Shown: one piece after another, positions 29,533 to 38,711 of the stretch | How positions within the stretch are numbered: position 1 is the first letter of the stretch | Layout: each line of letters begins with the position of its first letter | NCBI GenBank assembly: GCA_947628165.1 | Contig: CANQYV010000004.1 | Coordinates: 1-57,743, forward strand | Reading direction: 5' to 3' | DNA from: an uncultured Clostridia bacterium | GTDB taxonomy: Bacteria; Bacillota; Clostridia; Oscillospirales; CAG-272 | DNA: 57,743 nucleotides | The notes under the pieces: model-generated | The model's database searches: none | What the model saw: only the letters and a program-made list of their open reading frames with translations | Told to the model about the DNA's origin: nothing | Translations under genes and position numbers: made by a program

Positions 29533-30561
29533 TCAGGCTTTTTCCGACAGTCTTTCGCGCAGGCGGGACGCGCGGCGGCAGTCCCTTTCGTGAGGCTCGA
29601 GCTCGTTTCCGCCCGAGTAAAGCATGAGGACGGAGGGCTGAGATTCGATGAGCGACGTGTCGAGCACGCTGAATGTGATGTCCTTTGGGATGCCTGTGTC
29701 AAGCGAGGGGAGCGCTACGCCGAGGCGCACGTTTACCCAGTGCTCCATAAACTCGCGGCACGACATGACGCGGCTGTGCGTCAGCGCGCCGTATGAACGC
29801 GCGACGAGGTCGGAGAGCTCGTCGGGGGAATTTTTCGCAAGCTCGTCTCTGCGCTTGCGCTCCTCCGCTATGATGATGTCGGCAAGCTGCGTCAGCTTTG
29901 AGATCGTCTCTTCTTCGGTGACGCCGAGCGTTACCTGATTCGATATCTGATAAAGGCACGCCGCAGCCTCGGAGCCTTCTCCGTACATTCCGCGCACCGT
30001 CATACCGAGCTTTGAGAGCTGGCGCGCTATCGCCGATATGCCGTTCGTTCTCGTTAAAGCGGGGAGGAACATCATCACGGACGCCCTCATCGCGGTGCCG
30101 AGATTTGTGGGGCAGTGCGTGAGGTAGCCGAGCTCGTCGTCAAACGCGAGCTTGAATTTCGCCGCGAGCGACGCCTCCGCCGCGCGGGCGTGGGCGTAAG
30201 CCTCGGGGAGGGAATATCCCGCCGTGATGCTCTGTATGCGGAAATGATCCTCCTCGCAGACCATGATATATGTGTCGTCTGCCTCGTTTTTGTAGAGGGC
30301 GCGCGCGTTGTCGGCTGATGCGAACTCGGTCGAAACGATGTGCTCCTCGGCGTATGACGCCGCAGTTATGCGGTCGAGATGTGAGAAATCCGTCTTATCA
30401 AATTCATTGCCGAGCGCGTCCGCCGTGTCGGAGATGAGCTCCTCGGCGCGCTCGCGTGAGAGCCTGTTCCCCATCGGGAGCCCCTCAACATTCCTTGCAA
30501 GCCTTACCCTTGAAGAAAGAACAACGTCGGGGCAGGGTCCTTCTTTTCCGTACCATGACAT
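29533..30561 (-). CDS. mcsB: Protein arginine kinase McsB
   Basis: SSRVRLARN, EEDH.RIQ, GYLTHCPTNLGT, YQISNQVTLG. Confidence 0.94.
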   Translation of the reverse strand: MSWYGKEGPCPDVVLSSRVRLARNVEGLPMGNRLSRERAEELISDTADALGNEFDKTDFSHLDRITAASYAEEHIVSTEFASADNARALYKNEADDTYIMVCEEDHFRIQSITAGYSLPEAYAHARAAEASLAAKFKLAFDDELGYLTHCPTNLGTAMRASVMMFLPALTRTNGISAIARQLSKLGMTVRGMYGEGSEAAACLYQISNQVTLGVTEEETISKLTQLADIIIAEERKRRDELAKNSPDELSDLVARSYGALTHSRVMSCREFMEHWVNVRLGVALPSLDTGIPKDITFSVLDTSLIESQPSVLMLYSGGNELEPHERDCRRASRLRERLSEKA

Positions 30562-30577
30562 ATCCGTATCCTCCTTA

Positions 30578-31126
30578 TCAGTTATTGCCGAGCGCTTTTA
30601 TCTTGTCGCGAAGGACAGCCGCGCGCTCGAAATCTTCATTCTTTATCGCTTCGTAAAGCTCGGCTCTGAGCGTGTCCGCCTCCGTGCGTGCCGGGTTGTC
30701 GGGAGCTTTTTCAGGGGCTGCCCCGACCGTCGTGTCCGCCTCATTCTGCGCGGTATTTCCTTTGTAGACCGCGCTCCCGTGGATGCGCCGCACCGTCGGC
30801 ATGAGCTCCGCGCGGAACGTCCTGTAGCATTCGGAGCAGCCGACCTTTCCGTCGGCGGCGATGTCGGAGAGGGATGCGCCGCAGACGGGGCAGCGCCGTT
30901 CGGGGACCGAAGGCTGACGCCTGCCGGACTTTACCGCGGGGAACATATCCCCGAAGAAGGTGGAGAGCAGGGAGCTGCCTCCGAAGCCGAACGGGTCGGA
31001 CGTTATGTCTCCGACTCCCATTTTGTCGGCGCAGTCGCGGCAGAGCGCGTATGACGTCTTCTTGCCGTTTATTATCTCGCTGTAATGTATCGTGGCTTCA
31101 TTCTTGCCGCATTTTTCGCAAAGCAT
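30578..31126 (-). CDS. mcsA: McsA (zinc-finger/UVR activator)
   Basis: Four CxxC motifs, GCSECY, EDFERAAVLRD; ATG 31126 after AGGAG. Confidence 0.93.
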   Translation of the reverse strand: MLCEKCGKNEATIHYSEIINGKKTSYALCRDCADKMGVGDITSDPFGFGGSSLLSTFFGDMFPAVKSGRRQPSVPERRCPVCGASLSDIAADGKVGCSECYRTFRAELMPTVRRIHGSAVYKGNTAQNEADTTVGAAPEKAPDNPARTEADTLRAELYEAIKNEDFERAAVLRDKIKALGNN

Positions 31127-31163
31127 ATTCGTTATCTCCTTTTCATGTTTTTTCATATTCATT

Positions 31164-31616
31164 TTAGTTTACGAGGGACAGGATAATGTGGCGCAGGATG
31201 TCGGCGCGGACGGAATTTTTTTTGTCCGCGGGGACTGAGGCGAGAGCCCTTTCGGAAACCGCCGTCGCGATTATCGACGCCTCGCGTTCGTCTATAACGC
31301 CGGAGCCGAGCAGGTTCGAGATGAACGCCATCGCGTCATGCTCGCCGAGCGAGTTGCCGGTCGCGTGGAAGAAGTGCATGAGGTAGTCGTTGCGCGAAAA
31401 CTGCTTTTTCACTATCCTTATATAACCGCCGCCGCCGCGCCTGCTCTCGATGATGTATCCGCGCTCGGGCGTGAAGCGGGAGGTTATAACGTAATTGATC
31501 TGGCTCGGAACACATCCGAGCTTTGCGGCGAGGTCGTTGCGCTTCATCTCCGCGCTCCCGCCGCCTTCGTCGAGCATGTCCTCTATAACGGACGCAATAT
31601 AATCGGAAAGTGTCAT
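31164..31616 (-). CDS. ctsR: Class III stress repressor CtsR
   Basis: CVPSQINYVITSRF, ESRRGGGGYIRI; ATG 31616 after GAGGTG. Confidence 0.95.
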   Translation of the reverse strand: MTLSDYIASVIEDMLDEGGGSAEMKRNDLAAKLGCVPSQINYVITSRFTPERGYIIESRRGGGGYIRIVKKQFSRNDYLMHFFHATGNSLGEHDAMAFISNLLGSGVIDEREASIIATAVSERALASVPADKKNSVRADILRHIILSLVN

Positions 31617-31645
31617 ATTTGTATCACCTCGGGTGAAAATTTGTC

Positions 31646-31698
31646 TTTGACTTTCTTTGACTAATGATAGTGTAGCACTAAGGTCAAAGAAAGTCAAT
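31646..31698 (-). promoter_or_regulatory. ctsR operon sigmaA promoter with two inverted CtsR boxes
   Basis: AGTCAAAGAAAGTCAAA (minus strand, 31646-62) and GGTCAAAGAAAGTCAAT (plus strand, 31682-98); minus-strand TTGACT-17 nt-TACACT. Confidence 0.9.
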
Positions 31699-31897
31699 AC
31701 CTTTTTCAAAAATTTTTTAAAAATTTTTTCCGCACGATATCAGGACGCTCGGAACAAAAGTTTTTTCTGTCATATTATATCTTGCAAAATACTGTCGGAG
31801 AATATACAATGTCAAAGAGCGTGGTTCTCTCACATGAACGGGTCGGGATAAGCTTTTCCGTAAAGATGAAAATCGGGAGAAAGTTCGGTCGTCGGGA

Positions 31898-31942
31898 TTG
31901 ACAAAAATAATGTTGCGGCATATAATGTAACTGCCGTTACAT
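31898..31942 (+). promoter_or_regulatory. sigmaA promoter with probable TetR operator
   Basis: TTGACA-17 nt-TATAAT (31898-31926); palindrome ATGTAAC-tgcc-GTTACAT (31925-42) over the start site. Confidence 0.8.
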
Positions 31943-31971
31943 AACGATAATTACCAAACAGGGGAAAAGTT

Positions 31972-32544
31972 ATGCCGCCAAAACCTAAGATCACAAAAGA
32001 GATGGTTATCGATACAGCCTTTGAGGTTGCCCGCAAGGCGGGCTGGGAAAACATCAACGCAAGGACCGTTTCAAATAAACTGAACTGCTCGACGCACCCC
32101 GTCATGTATCACTTTGCCACGATCGAGGAGCTGAAGGCTGCGGCTTTTGAGAGAGCCGATCGGTTTCACTCCGAGTATATAATGAACGCTTCGGGAAACA
32201 AAGATAATATTATGCTTAATATTGGGCTGAATTATATCCGTTTTGCGGTCGACGAGCCGAATTTGTTCAGGTTTCTGTTTCAATCGGGGTATGCGGAGGG
32301 CAACAGCCTGCTTGAGATGATAAATTCCGAGAGGCTTACGCCTGTCCTTTCGGCAATGCAGAAAGGAATGAATTTGGATTTTGACCGAACGAAAGAGGTA
32401 TTTATAACGCTTGCAATGTTTGTTCACGGTTACGCAAGCATTATTGCGAATAACTCGCTCGAGTTCGACGAGGAGCTGATCGCAAAGCATTTGAAACGCG
32501 TATACACGGGCGCGATATCGGCGATACGGGAGGCGACGGAATGA
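31972..32544 (+). CDS. TetR/AcrR family regulator (WHG-type C-terminus)
   Basis: N-terminal HTH (INARTVS..LNCST.PVMYHF), YIRFA..EPNLF, FVHG. Confidence 0.88.
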   Translation: MPPKPKITKEMVIDTAFEVARKAGWENINARTVSNKLNCSTHPVMYHFATIEELKAAAFERADRFHSEYIMNASGNKDNIMLNIGLNYIRFAVDEPNLFRFLFQSGYAEGNSLLEMINSERLTPVLSAMQKGMNLDFDRTKEVFITLAMFVHGYASIIANNSLEFDEELIAKHLKRVYTGAISAIREATE

Positions 32545-33221
32545 ACAATCAAAGTAATACGGAAAACGGCAAAAAGAGTTTTGTCCTCACGGTGACAGGC
32601 GCGGCGATAATGATACTGCTGACTGCGACGAAAATCGTGCCGTCCTCGACAATAGCAGGGTACTCCGTATTTGTCGGGATCGCGTTTTTCTTTATTACGG
32701 AAGCCGTCGCCAAAACGCCGCGTTCCGAGTCGGGACTGCGTTTTAATACGATTTTGAAGGATATTAAAAAGCCGGGAGTGATTTTATGGGGGTTGCTGCC
32801 GATCGTGAGCGGTATTTTATCGCTTGCGGCGGGAAATTTGATTTTCGGCGGGGCATTTGTCGATCATGTGCTCGGACGGACGGGTGCCGTTCTATCTTTT
32901 GACAAGACGGTACTTTTGATAATACAGTTTATTATTGCGGGCTTCGGTGAAGAAATTGCATTTCGCGGCTTCTTTTTCGGGAAGACCTCAAAGTATTTTC
33001 CCGCCTGGCTCTGTGCTGTCGTATCGTCCGCTGTTTTCGCCGCAGGGCACATCGCAGAGGGAAATGTCGGCATTGTGATCTTTGATATTGCCGGCGTGTT
33101 CGTTGACAGCCTGATTTTCTCTGTGATCTATCATAAATCGGGCAACTGCGTTATAAGTACGTTTTCGCACGTTCTCGGAAACCTGATATCATTTATTGCC
33201 CTTGTCGGCTTTTTCAGATAA
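32541..33221 (+). CDS. CPBP/CAAX intramembrane metalloprotease
   Basis: EEIAFRG, FAAGH, H...N motifs, multi-TM. Confidence 0.85.
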   Translation: MNNQSNTENGKKSFVLTVTGAAIMILLTATKIVPSSTIAGYSVFVGIAFFFITEAVAKTPRSESGLRFNTILKDIKKPGVILWGLLPIVSGILSLAAGNLIFGGAFVDHVLGRTGAVLSFDKTVLLIIQFIIAGFGEEIAFRGFFFGKTSKYFPAWLCAVVSSAVFAAGHIAEGNVGIVIFDIAGVFVDSLIFSVIYHKSGNCVISTFSHVLGNLISFIALVGFFR

Positions 33222-33247
33222 GGACTTACAAAACGGAGGTTGACAGC

Positions 33248-34435
33248 ATGAAAAAGCTGACATTCAAACACACGGTATACGCCTGCTATCTCGGTTACAT
33301 AGTTCAGGCGATAGGGAATAATTTCGCGCCGCTCTTGTTCGTGACGTTTTCGGACAGCTTCGGCATACCGACGGAGAAAATAACGCTTCTTATCGCGCTG
33401 AATTTTACGGTACAGCTTCTCGTCGACCTCGCGGCGGCAAACCTCGCCGACCGGATAGGATACCGACCTGCCGTCGTTGCGGCAAACGTGTTCTCCGCCG
33501 TCGGCATCGCGGGGCTCGCACTTTTTCCGCGCGCCATCGGCGACCCGTTTGCGGGTCTTCTTGCGGCTGTGTTCTGCTACGCCGTCGGCGGCGGGCTCAT
33601 AGAGGTTTTGATAAGCCCGATCGTGGAGTCTTGCCCGGGAGACGAAAAGGCGTCCGCAATGAGTATTCTTCATTCATTTTACTGCTGGGGAACCGTTTTT
33701 GTCATTCTCGTTTCAACAGGCGCGTTCGCCGCTTTCGGCGTCGGCTGCTGGGGGACGATGGCGCTTTTGTGGGCTGCGGTCCCCGCGTTTACGGCGCTTT
33801 TCTTCTGTTTTGTCCCGATTCTTACTCCCGATGAGGCGACGGGCGAGCACATCCCGACGGGGAAGCTTCTGTCACGGCCTGTTTTTTGGGTGCTCGTCGT
33901 TTTGATGGTGGCGTCCGGCGCGTCGGAGCAGGGGATGGTACAGTGGGCGTCCGCGTTTGCGGAACGCGGGCTTGGAGTTACGAAAACCGTCGGCGACGTC
34001 GTCGGGCCGTGCCTGTTCTGCGCGCTTCAGGGGGCGGCGAGAGTTTTCTATGCTAAAAAGGGAGACCGCGTCGACCTGCTCCGATATATCATAGTCTGCG
34101 GTGCGGTCTGCGCGGCGTCGTATCTCTGCGCGGCGCTCTCGCCGCTGCCGGCGCTGTCGCTCTTCGGGTGCGCGCTTTGCGGGCTTTCCGTCGGAATACT
34201 GTGGCCCGGCGTGTTCAGCGTTGCCGCTGTCCGCTGCCGCGGCGGCGGAACGGCGCTGTTCGCGTTCCTTGCCCTCGCGGGCGACCTCGGCTGCGCGTTC
34301 GGACCGTCGCTCGTCGGCTTTGTTTCAGGCGCGCTCGGCGACAGCTTCTCCGCGGGACTTGCCGCGGCGTCCGTTTTTCCCCTCATTCTTGTCGCGGCTG
34401 CGCTCGTCTGCCGCAGAATGAAGGATGGCGATTGA
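33248..34435 (+). CDS. MFS transporter
   Basis: About 12 TM segments, LADRIGYR motif A. Confidence 0.85.
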   Translation: MKKLTFKHTVYACYLGYIVQAIGNNFAPLLFVTFSDSFGIPTEKITLLIALNFTVQLLVDLAAANLADRIGYRPAVVAANVFSAVGIAGLALFPRAIGDPFAGLLAAVFCYAVGGGLIEVLISPIVESCPGDEKASAMSILHSFYCWGTVFVILVSTGAFAAFGVGCWGTMALLWAAVPAFTALFFCFVPILTPDEATGEHIPTGKLLSRPVFWVLVVLMVASGASEQGMVQWASAFAERGLGVTKTVGDVVGPCLFCALQGAARVFYAKKGDRVDLLRYIIVCGAVCAASYLCAALSPLPALSLFGCALCGLSVGILWPGVFSVAAVRCRGGGTALFAFLALAGDLGCAFGPSLVGFVSGALGDSFSAGLAAASVFPLILVAAALVCRRMKDGD

Positions 34436-34453
34436 GACCTCGGAATATAAAAA

Positions 34454-34480
34454 CAGCCCGCAGATTTCGCCTGCGGGCTG
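34454..34480. terminator. Terminator between convergent genes
   Basis: CAGCCCGCAG/CTGCGGGCTG 10-bp stem. Confidence 0.65.
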
Positions 34481-34497
34481 CTATTGTATTGTTGCTG

Positions 34498-35298
34498 TTA
34501 TTCGCCGAATGAGAGTGCGATCGTGCCCTCTTTCACCTTCGCGGTCAGAGTTGTTTTTCCTGCCCCGCCGTTTTTTACGTCGCATATGCCTGTCACAACG
34601 GAGGCGTCGACGGTATAATCTCCGCGCGGGCGGGCAAGAGAGCCTGTGACACTGCCGTTTTCGACCGAAAGCGAAATTGCATCCCCGGCGTCGGCGCCGT
34701 CGAGGACGATGTTGCCCTCCGTGACAGCTGCCGTGAGCGACGGGCAAGAGACGGCGTTCAGCGACACGTCGCCGCTGCCGACGGAAATGCTTATCGCGCC
34801 GTCCGAGGTGACACCGACGAGAGATACGCTCCCGTCCTCCGTGCTGAAGGAGCTGTCCCCCGAAAGGAGGACGCCCTGCGTTTCGATGTCTGAGTTAGAG
34901 CTGTTTATGTTGAGCGTGAGCTCCGTGCCGTCGGGGATGCCGATGTCGATGCCGAAGCGCTTGCTGTACGAACGGAAAAGTCTGTCCATCCACGAAGTCT
35001 CAAGCTCGGATACGGTCAGCGTGCCGCCGGAAAGGGAAGTGGAATAAAGTCCTTTTCTGTGACCTACGAACCCGACTTCAATCTCTGCGCCCGAGGTCTT
35101 GTACACGTTCACATAGCCGACCGAAATATCGACGTCTATAATTCCGATCTCGTCCGCGCCGAATACCTCATTTTCAAATACAGGCTCCGCAGACGGCACC
35201 GTCACAAGAGCGTGAAAGAAGAGGATGCCGACGACGAGGACGGCGATCCCGACCGCCACGAGCAGCGAGATTATCACATAATGAAGCGTTCTTTTCAT
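34498..35298 (-). CDS. Membrane-anchored DUF4097-type beta-strand repeat protein
   Basis: N-terminal TM then repeated x-T/V-x-x-G-x-I/V units (TEDGSV, VGSGDV, VTEGNI, VENGSV, VKEGTI). Confidence 0.7.
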   Translation of the reverse strand: MKRTLHYVIISLLVAVGIAVLVVGILFFHALVTVPSAEPVFENEVFGADEIGIIDVDISVGYVNVYKTSGAEIEVGFVGHRKGLYSTSLSGGTLTVSELETSWMDRLFRSYSKRFGIDIGIPDGTELTLNINSSNSDIETQGVLLSGDSSFSTEDGSVSLVGVTSDGAISISVGSGDVSLNAVSCPSLTAAVTEGNIVLDGADAGDAISLSVENGSVTGSLARPRGDYTVDASVVTGICDVKNGGAGKTTLTAKVKEGTIALSFGE

Positions 35299-35311
35299 AT
35301 CGGGTATGTTT

Positions 35312-35998
35312 TCAGAGACGTTCTGCTTCGGAAAGCTCGGGCGGCATGCCGCAGATGATGTCGAGGTTGCCGTTGCGGCAGCGTATCATGTCTATCATTT
35401 CCTTTTCGAGATCCTCGTCCGAAAGCACAATATTGTAGGTGAGCTGGTACATGCTGCCCATGTTCGTCGTGTGGACGCGGATAAGCTCGCAGGAGCTCGT
35501 GTATTTCTTGAATATGTCGTCGAAAATGTGCGGGTAGTTGAGCCCCTCGGGTATCGTTATCTTCAGCTCCTTGAGACCGCGTTTTCTCTTCCCAAGGCCG
35601 GCGGCGGTGACGGCGGCGTATGCCGCTATCGCGATAACGGTGAATATGACGGCGAGACCGATATAGCCGACGCCGACGATGAGACCCGACGTCATCGCGA
35701 CGAACACCATCATTATGTCGGACGCCGTGCCTGGGTTGGAACGGTATCTGACAAGGCTGAAGGCTCCGGCGACGCCGATGCCGACGCCGATGTTGCCGTT
35801 GACTATCATTATTATCACCTGAACGATGAGTGGGATGACAGTCAGCGTGACGGAGACGCTGCGCGATTTTTTGCCTATGAAGACTGCGGCGGCGGAGACG
35901 AGAAGACCGAGCAGCAGGGAGACCAAGGACATGACGAGGAAGCCGCCGACCGTTATCTCGCCTTGCGCGACTACTGATTTAAAGGGCTGTGAGAGCAT
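35312..35998 (-). CDS. DUF4956 family membrane protein
   Basis: VNGNIGVGIGVAGAFSLVRYRS.PG, LKITIPEGLNY, TTNMGSMY, IRCRNGNL. Confidence 0.82.
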   Translation of the reverse strand: MLSQPFKSVVAQGEITVGGFLVMSLVSLLLGLLVSAAAVFIGKKSRSVSVTLTVIPLIVQVIIMIVNGNIGVGIGVAGAFSLVRYRSNPGTASDIMMVFVAMTSGLIVGVGYIGLAVIFTVIAIAAYAAVTAAGLGKRKRGLKELKITIPEGLNYPHIFDDIFKKYTSSCELIRVHTTNMGSMYQLTYNIVLSDEDLEKEMIDMIRCRNGNLDIICGMPPELSEAERL

Positions 35999-36052
35999 TT
36001 ATGTACCCATCCTTTCCGGCTGCCGCCGCGGCGGCACCTGAAAATATGATTT

Positions 36053-36754
36053 TTAAGACTGTTCTTTCTTTATTATATCGGTATACGCCGTGCCGTACTT
36101 GCTGAAGTTGGCGGGGAATATGCCGTATTTGTCGAGCGCGTGAGTCAGCCACAGCGGCATCGCGTCGGGTATCTTTATCTCCATGAGACAGTCTCCCTCA
36201 GGGAGCAGGGGCTTGCCGTATGCTCCGAGGGAGAGGTCAAAGTCGTAGTCGCGGGACAGGAGCTCGGAATCGAACGTGATGCGGAGCTCCGGATCGTCCT
36301 TTGCGAAATACGCCGTTCTGTCGTATGTGAGTATCATCGCGGGGGATATCCTGTCGTAAAACTCAAGGAGCCACTCTATCTCGTGCGCGATCTGAGAGTC
36401 GCGTTCAGGCGGAATGCCGCGGCAGGTGAAATCCATCGCTTCGCGGTACGTCATCGAGATGCGGCGCTTATAGACGACGCCGCGGTACTTTTTCTTTATC
36501 TCGACGAACGCCGTCGAGTCGTCGTTCGGCTTGCCGTAGCAGCGCAGGCGCAGCTTTTCCTTATAGACGGGCTTGTCGAGCGAGGCGCGGATCATCGTGT
36601 GAGACGGCGTGTCGAAATACATATTGTATATCGTGCTCCGCCCCCAGGAATCGGGCGACATATGCTCTTTTACGATTTCAAGAAACGGCTCGTACTGCTC
36701 TTTTTTGACGAGATATTTCTTTTCGACGCGCCGGAACACTTCTTTATATGCCAT
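36053..36754 (-). CDS. VTC/CYTH-like polyphosphate polymerase domain protein
   Basis: RVEKKY, YFDT, KEKLRLRCY, EIKKK, YDRTAY, LRITFD, MEIK, FSKY. Confidence 0.85.
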   Translation of the reverse strand: MAYKEVFRRVEKKYLVKKEQYEPFLEIVKEHMSPDSWGRSTIYNMYFDTPSHTMIRASLDKPVYKEKLRLRCYGKPNDDSTAFVEIKKKYRGVVYKRRISMTYREAMDFTCRGIPPERDSQIAHEIEWLLEFYDRISPAMILTYDRTAYFAKDDPELRITFDSELLSRDYDFDLSLGAYGKPLLPEGDCLMEIKIPDAMPLWLTHALDKYGIFPANFSKYGTAYTDIIKKEQS

Positions 36755-36802
36755 GCGTCCGCCCCTCCTTGCCTTGTCATCGCAAAGCATCATTCTTTTT
36801 TT

Positions 36803-36831
36803 ATTTTATTATAAACTTCGTGTAAAGTCAA
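36803..36831 (-). promoter_or_regulatory. sigmaA promoter of the VTC operon
   Basis: Minus strand TTGACT-17 nt-TAAAAT. Confidence 0.6.
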
Positions 36832-36866
36832 GATACATATGGTGAGCGTTATGTGAGAGAAAAATG

Positions 36867-36898
36867 AAAAATCTCCCCGGAGAGAGGGGAGATCTTTT
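36867..36898 (-). terminator. spo0A terminator
   Basis: ATCTCCCC/GGGGAGAT stem with flanking A/T runs. Confidence 0.6.
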
Positions 36899-36914
36899 CT
36901 TTATTGCGCCGTGT

Positions 36915-37679
36915 TCAGTTGTACATTTTGTATTTGAGCCGGAGGTTGTCCGCGATCATGGCGATAAACTCCGAGTTCGTTGGCTTGCCGCGCGAATTTT
37001 GTATCGTATAGCCGAAATAGGAGTTCAGCGTGTCAACGTCGCCTCTGTCCCACGCGACCTCTATCGCGTGGCGTATCGCGCGCTCGACGCGGGACGTCGT
37101 CGTCGAATATTTCTTTGCGACCGAGGGGTAGAGGACCTTTGTCACCGAATTTATTATATCGCTGTCCGCGATCGTCATAAGGATCGCGGTGCGGAGATAC
37201 TGGTATCCTTTGATGTGCGCCGGGACCCCGATCTGATGTATTATCTTTGTGACCTGCGTCTCTATATCAGGCGGTGAGCTCGCATCAAGCGAGGGCTTCG
37301 ACTGGACGGAGGCTCCCGTCAGCGACTCGACGTGGCTGACGAGACTGCCGTAGTCTATCGGCTTGAGGAGGCAGAGGGACGCGCCCGCGTTCATCGCGTC
37401 GACGAGGATGTTCTGGTTCGACACGAGAGAAATAATGATAAAGCTCGGTTTGTGATCGAGCGTGCGGCAGGCACGGAGCAGGCCTATTCCGTCGAGTTTC
37501 GAGAGCCATATATCGGCAATAACGACATCGGGCCGCAGGCTCCGTATCTTCATCAGCGCGTCTTCGCCGTTCACGGCTTCTTCAACAGAACGGAAGCCCG
37601 CCCTTGTGAGCGCTTCCCGGCATCTTTTACGAGATTCGCCGTTTTCGTCGGCGATAAGTATCTTTTTTGTTGTTTCCAT
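36915..37679 (-). CDS. spo0A: Sporulation master regulator Spo0A
   Basis: [46 protein letters not shown]; N-terminal receiver. Confidence 0.96.
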   Translation of the reverse strand: METTKKILIADENGESRKRCREALTRAGFRSVEEAVNGEDALMKIRSLRPDVVIADIWLSKLDGIGLLRACRTLDHKPSFIIISLVSNQNILVDAMNAGASLCLLKPIDYGSLVSHVESLTGASVQSKPSLDASSPPDIETQVTKIIHQIGVPAHIKGYQYLRTAILMTIADSDIINSVTKVLYPSVAKKYSTTTSRVERAIRHAIEVAWDRGDVDTLNSYFGYTIQNSRGKPTNSEFIAMIADNLRLKYKMYN

Positions 37680-37705
37680 TTTCCGTATCTCCGTTGGGGA
37701 ATTTT

Positions 37706-37746
37706 TTTGACACGATTATGATACCATAAATTTCCATCAATATCAA
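37706..37746 (-). promoter_or_regulatory. spo0A sigmaA-like promoter with downstream 0A-like box
   Basis: Minus strand TTGATA-17 nt-TATCAT with TG extension; TGTCAAA (1 mismatch to 0A box) at 37712-37706. Confidence 0.5.
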
Positions 37747-37876
37747 GAACGCGCCAAATAAAAATTTCCACAAACATTGCCCGCCCGATTTGGATGTTTT
37801 TACAAAAGGTGAACGCGCAAACGGACGCATGAAAGAGAGAATGCTCGGATGCCGGCGAATGTGAGCGAAAAGCGTA

Positions 37877-37912
37877 AAAACCGCCCGACACTCGCGTGTG
37901 CCGGGCGGTTTT
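37877..37912 (-). terminator. Intrinsic terminator
   Basis: AAAACCGCCCG/CGGGCGGTTTT. Confidence 0.7.
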
Positions 37913-37931
37913 CATATCATGAAAAGGGGAG

Positions 37932-38552
37932 TTACTCCTCGCAGATTATGAGCTCTTTGGCGTAGGGAAGAGTTGATATCCAGTCGCAGAAGACGTGCCA
38001 TTCGTCGAGCTTGTGGTTCCGTCTCGCAAAATACATATTGACGAGATTTTCGTAATTCATCGTGACGGTCCGCATCTGATTGAAGGATGTGGGGAGCAGC
38101 TGTATCATGTCGTACCACGCGCCCTTGTCCTTTGTCTCCACAAAGCGGAGGCGCGCGTCCTCAAGATAAACCATGAGCGCATCAAGGGCGGCAAGCGCCT
38201 CCGGCGAGCACTTGTCGCACGAAAAATCCTCCCGCGAGAAGGGCTTTGAATGGAGCTTATGCATCGTAGACGTCGAGTTTGCGACGGTGCCGACCTTGTA
38301 GGTGTCGAATTCCTTCCACCAGTAGAGCGGGCCCGTGATATCAACGGAGACGAATATCTGGCGCATGTATTTGCGGTCGTCGCTGCCGGCGCGGCGGAGA
38401 CGGACGGCAAGTGAAAGGTCGTTCTCGCCGAGAACGTATTCGCCGTCGTCATTATAATAGCTGTCAGAGCGCGCCCAGCTGTTCATGGGGTTGCGCGCGC
38501 CGCGCATCGCGTTTTCGAGATTCATCACATTCGTTCTTTCAAGCTTTAACAT
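37932..38552 (-). CDS. Conserved protein, divergent ThyX (thymidylate synthase complementing)-like
   Basis: 206 aa from ATG 38552 (GAGGTG RBS); PLYWWKEFDTY, NSTSTMH, QLLP.SFNQ.RTV.MNY..L...Y..RR.HKLDEW resemble the ThyX layout but lack RHR. Confidence 0.55.
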   Translation of the reverse strand: MLKLERTNVMNLENAMRGARNPMNSWARSDSYYNDDGEYVLGENDLSLAVRLRRAGSDDRKYMRQIFVSVDITGPLYWWKEFDTYKVGTVANSTSTMHKLHSKPFSREDFSCDKCSPEALAALDALMVYLEDARLRFVETKDKGAWYDMIQLLPTSFNQMRTVTMNYENLVNMYFARRNHKLDEWHVFCDWISTLPYAKELIICEE

Positions 38553-38647
38553 ACGGCACCTCGAAAAAATTATTACCTTTATTATAAACGCAGATGAGCG
38601 CGAAGTCAACATTTTTATATTTTCGGCAGGCGGGGTTACGTCTGGGT

Positions 38648-38676
38648 GAATAAAAAAAGAAATACGGGCAAAAATA
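38648..38676 (+). promoter_or_regulatory. Possible sigmaF/sigmaG forespore promoter
   Basis: GAATA ... GGCAAAAATA upstream of the SpoIIQ-like gene; spacing only approximately consensus. Confidence 0.35.
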
Positions 38677-38711
38677 AGCTTGCCAAGTAAAAAAAGGAGA
38701 AAAACTACATT

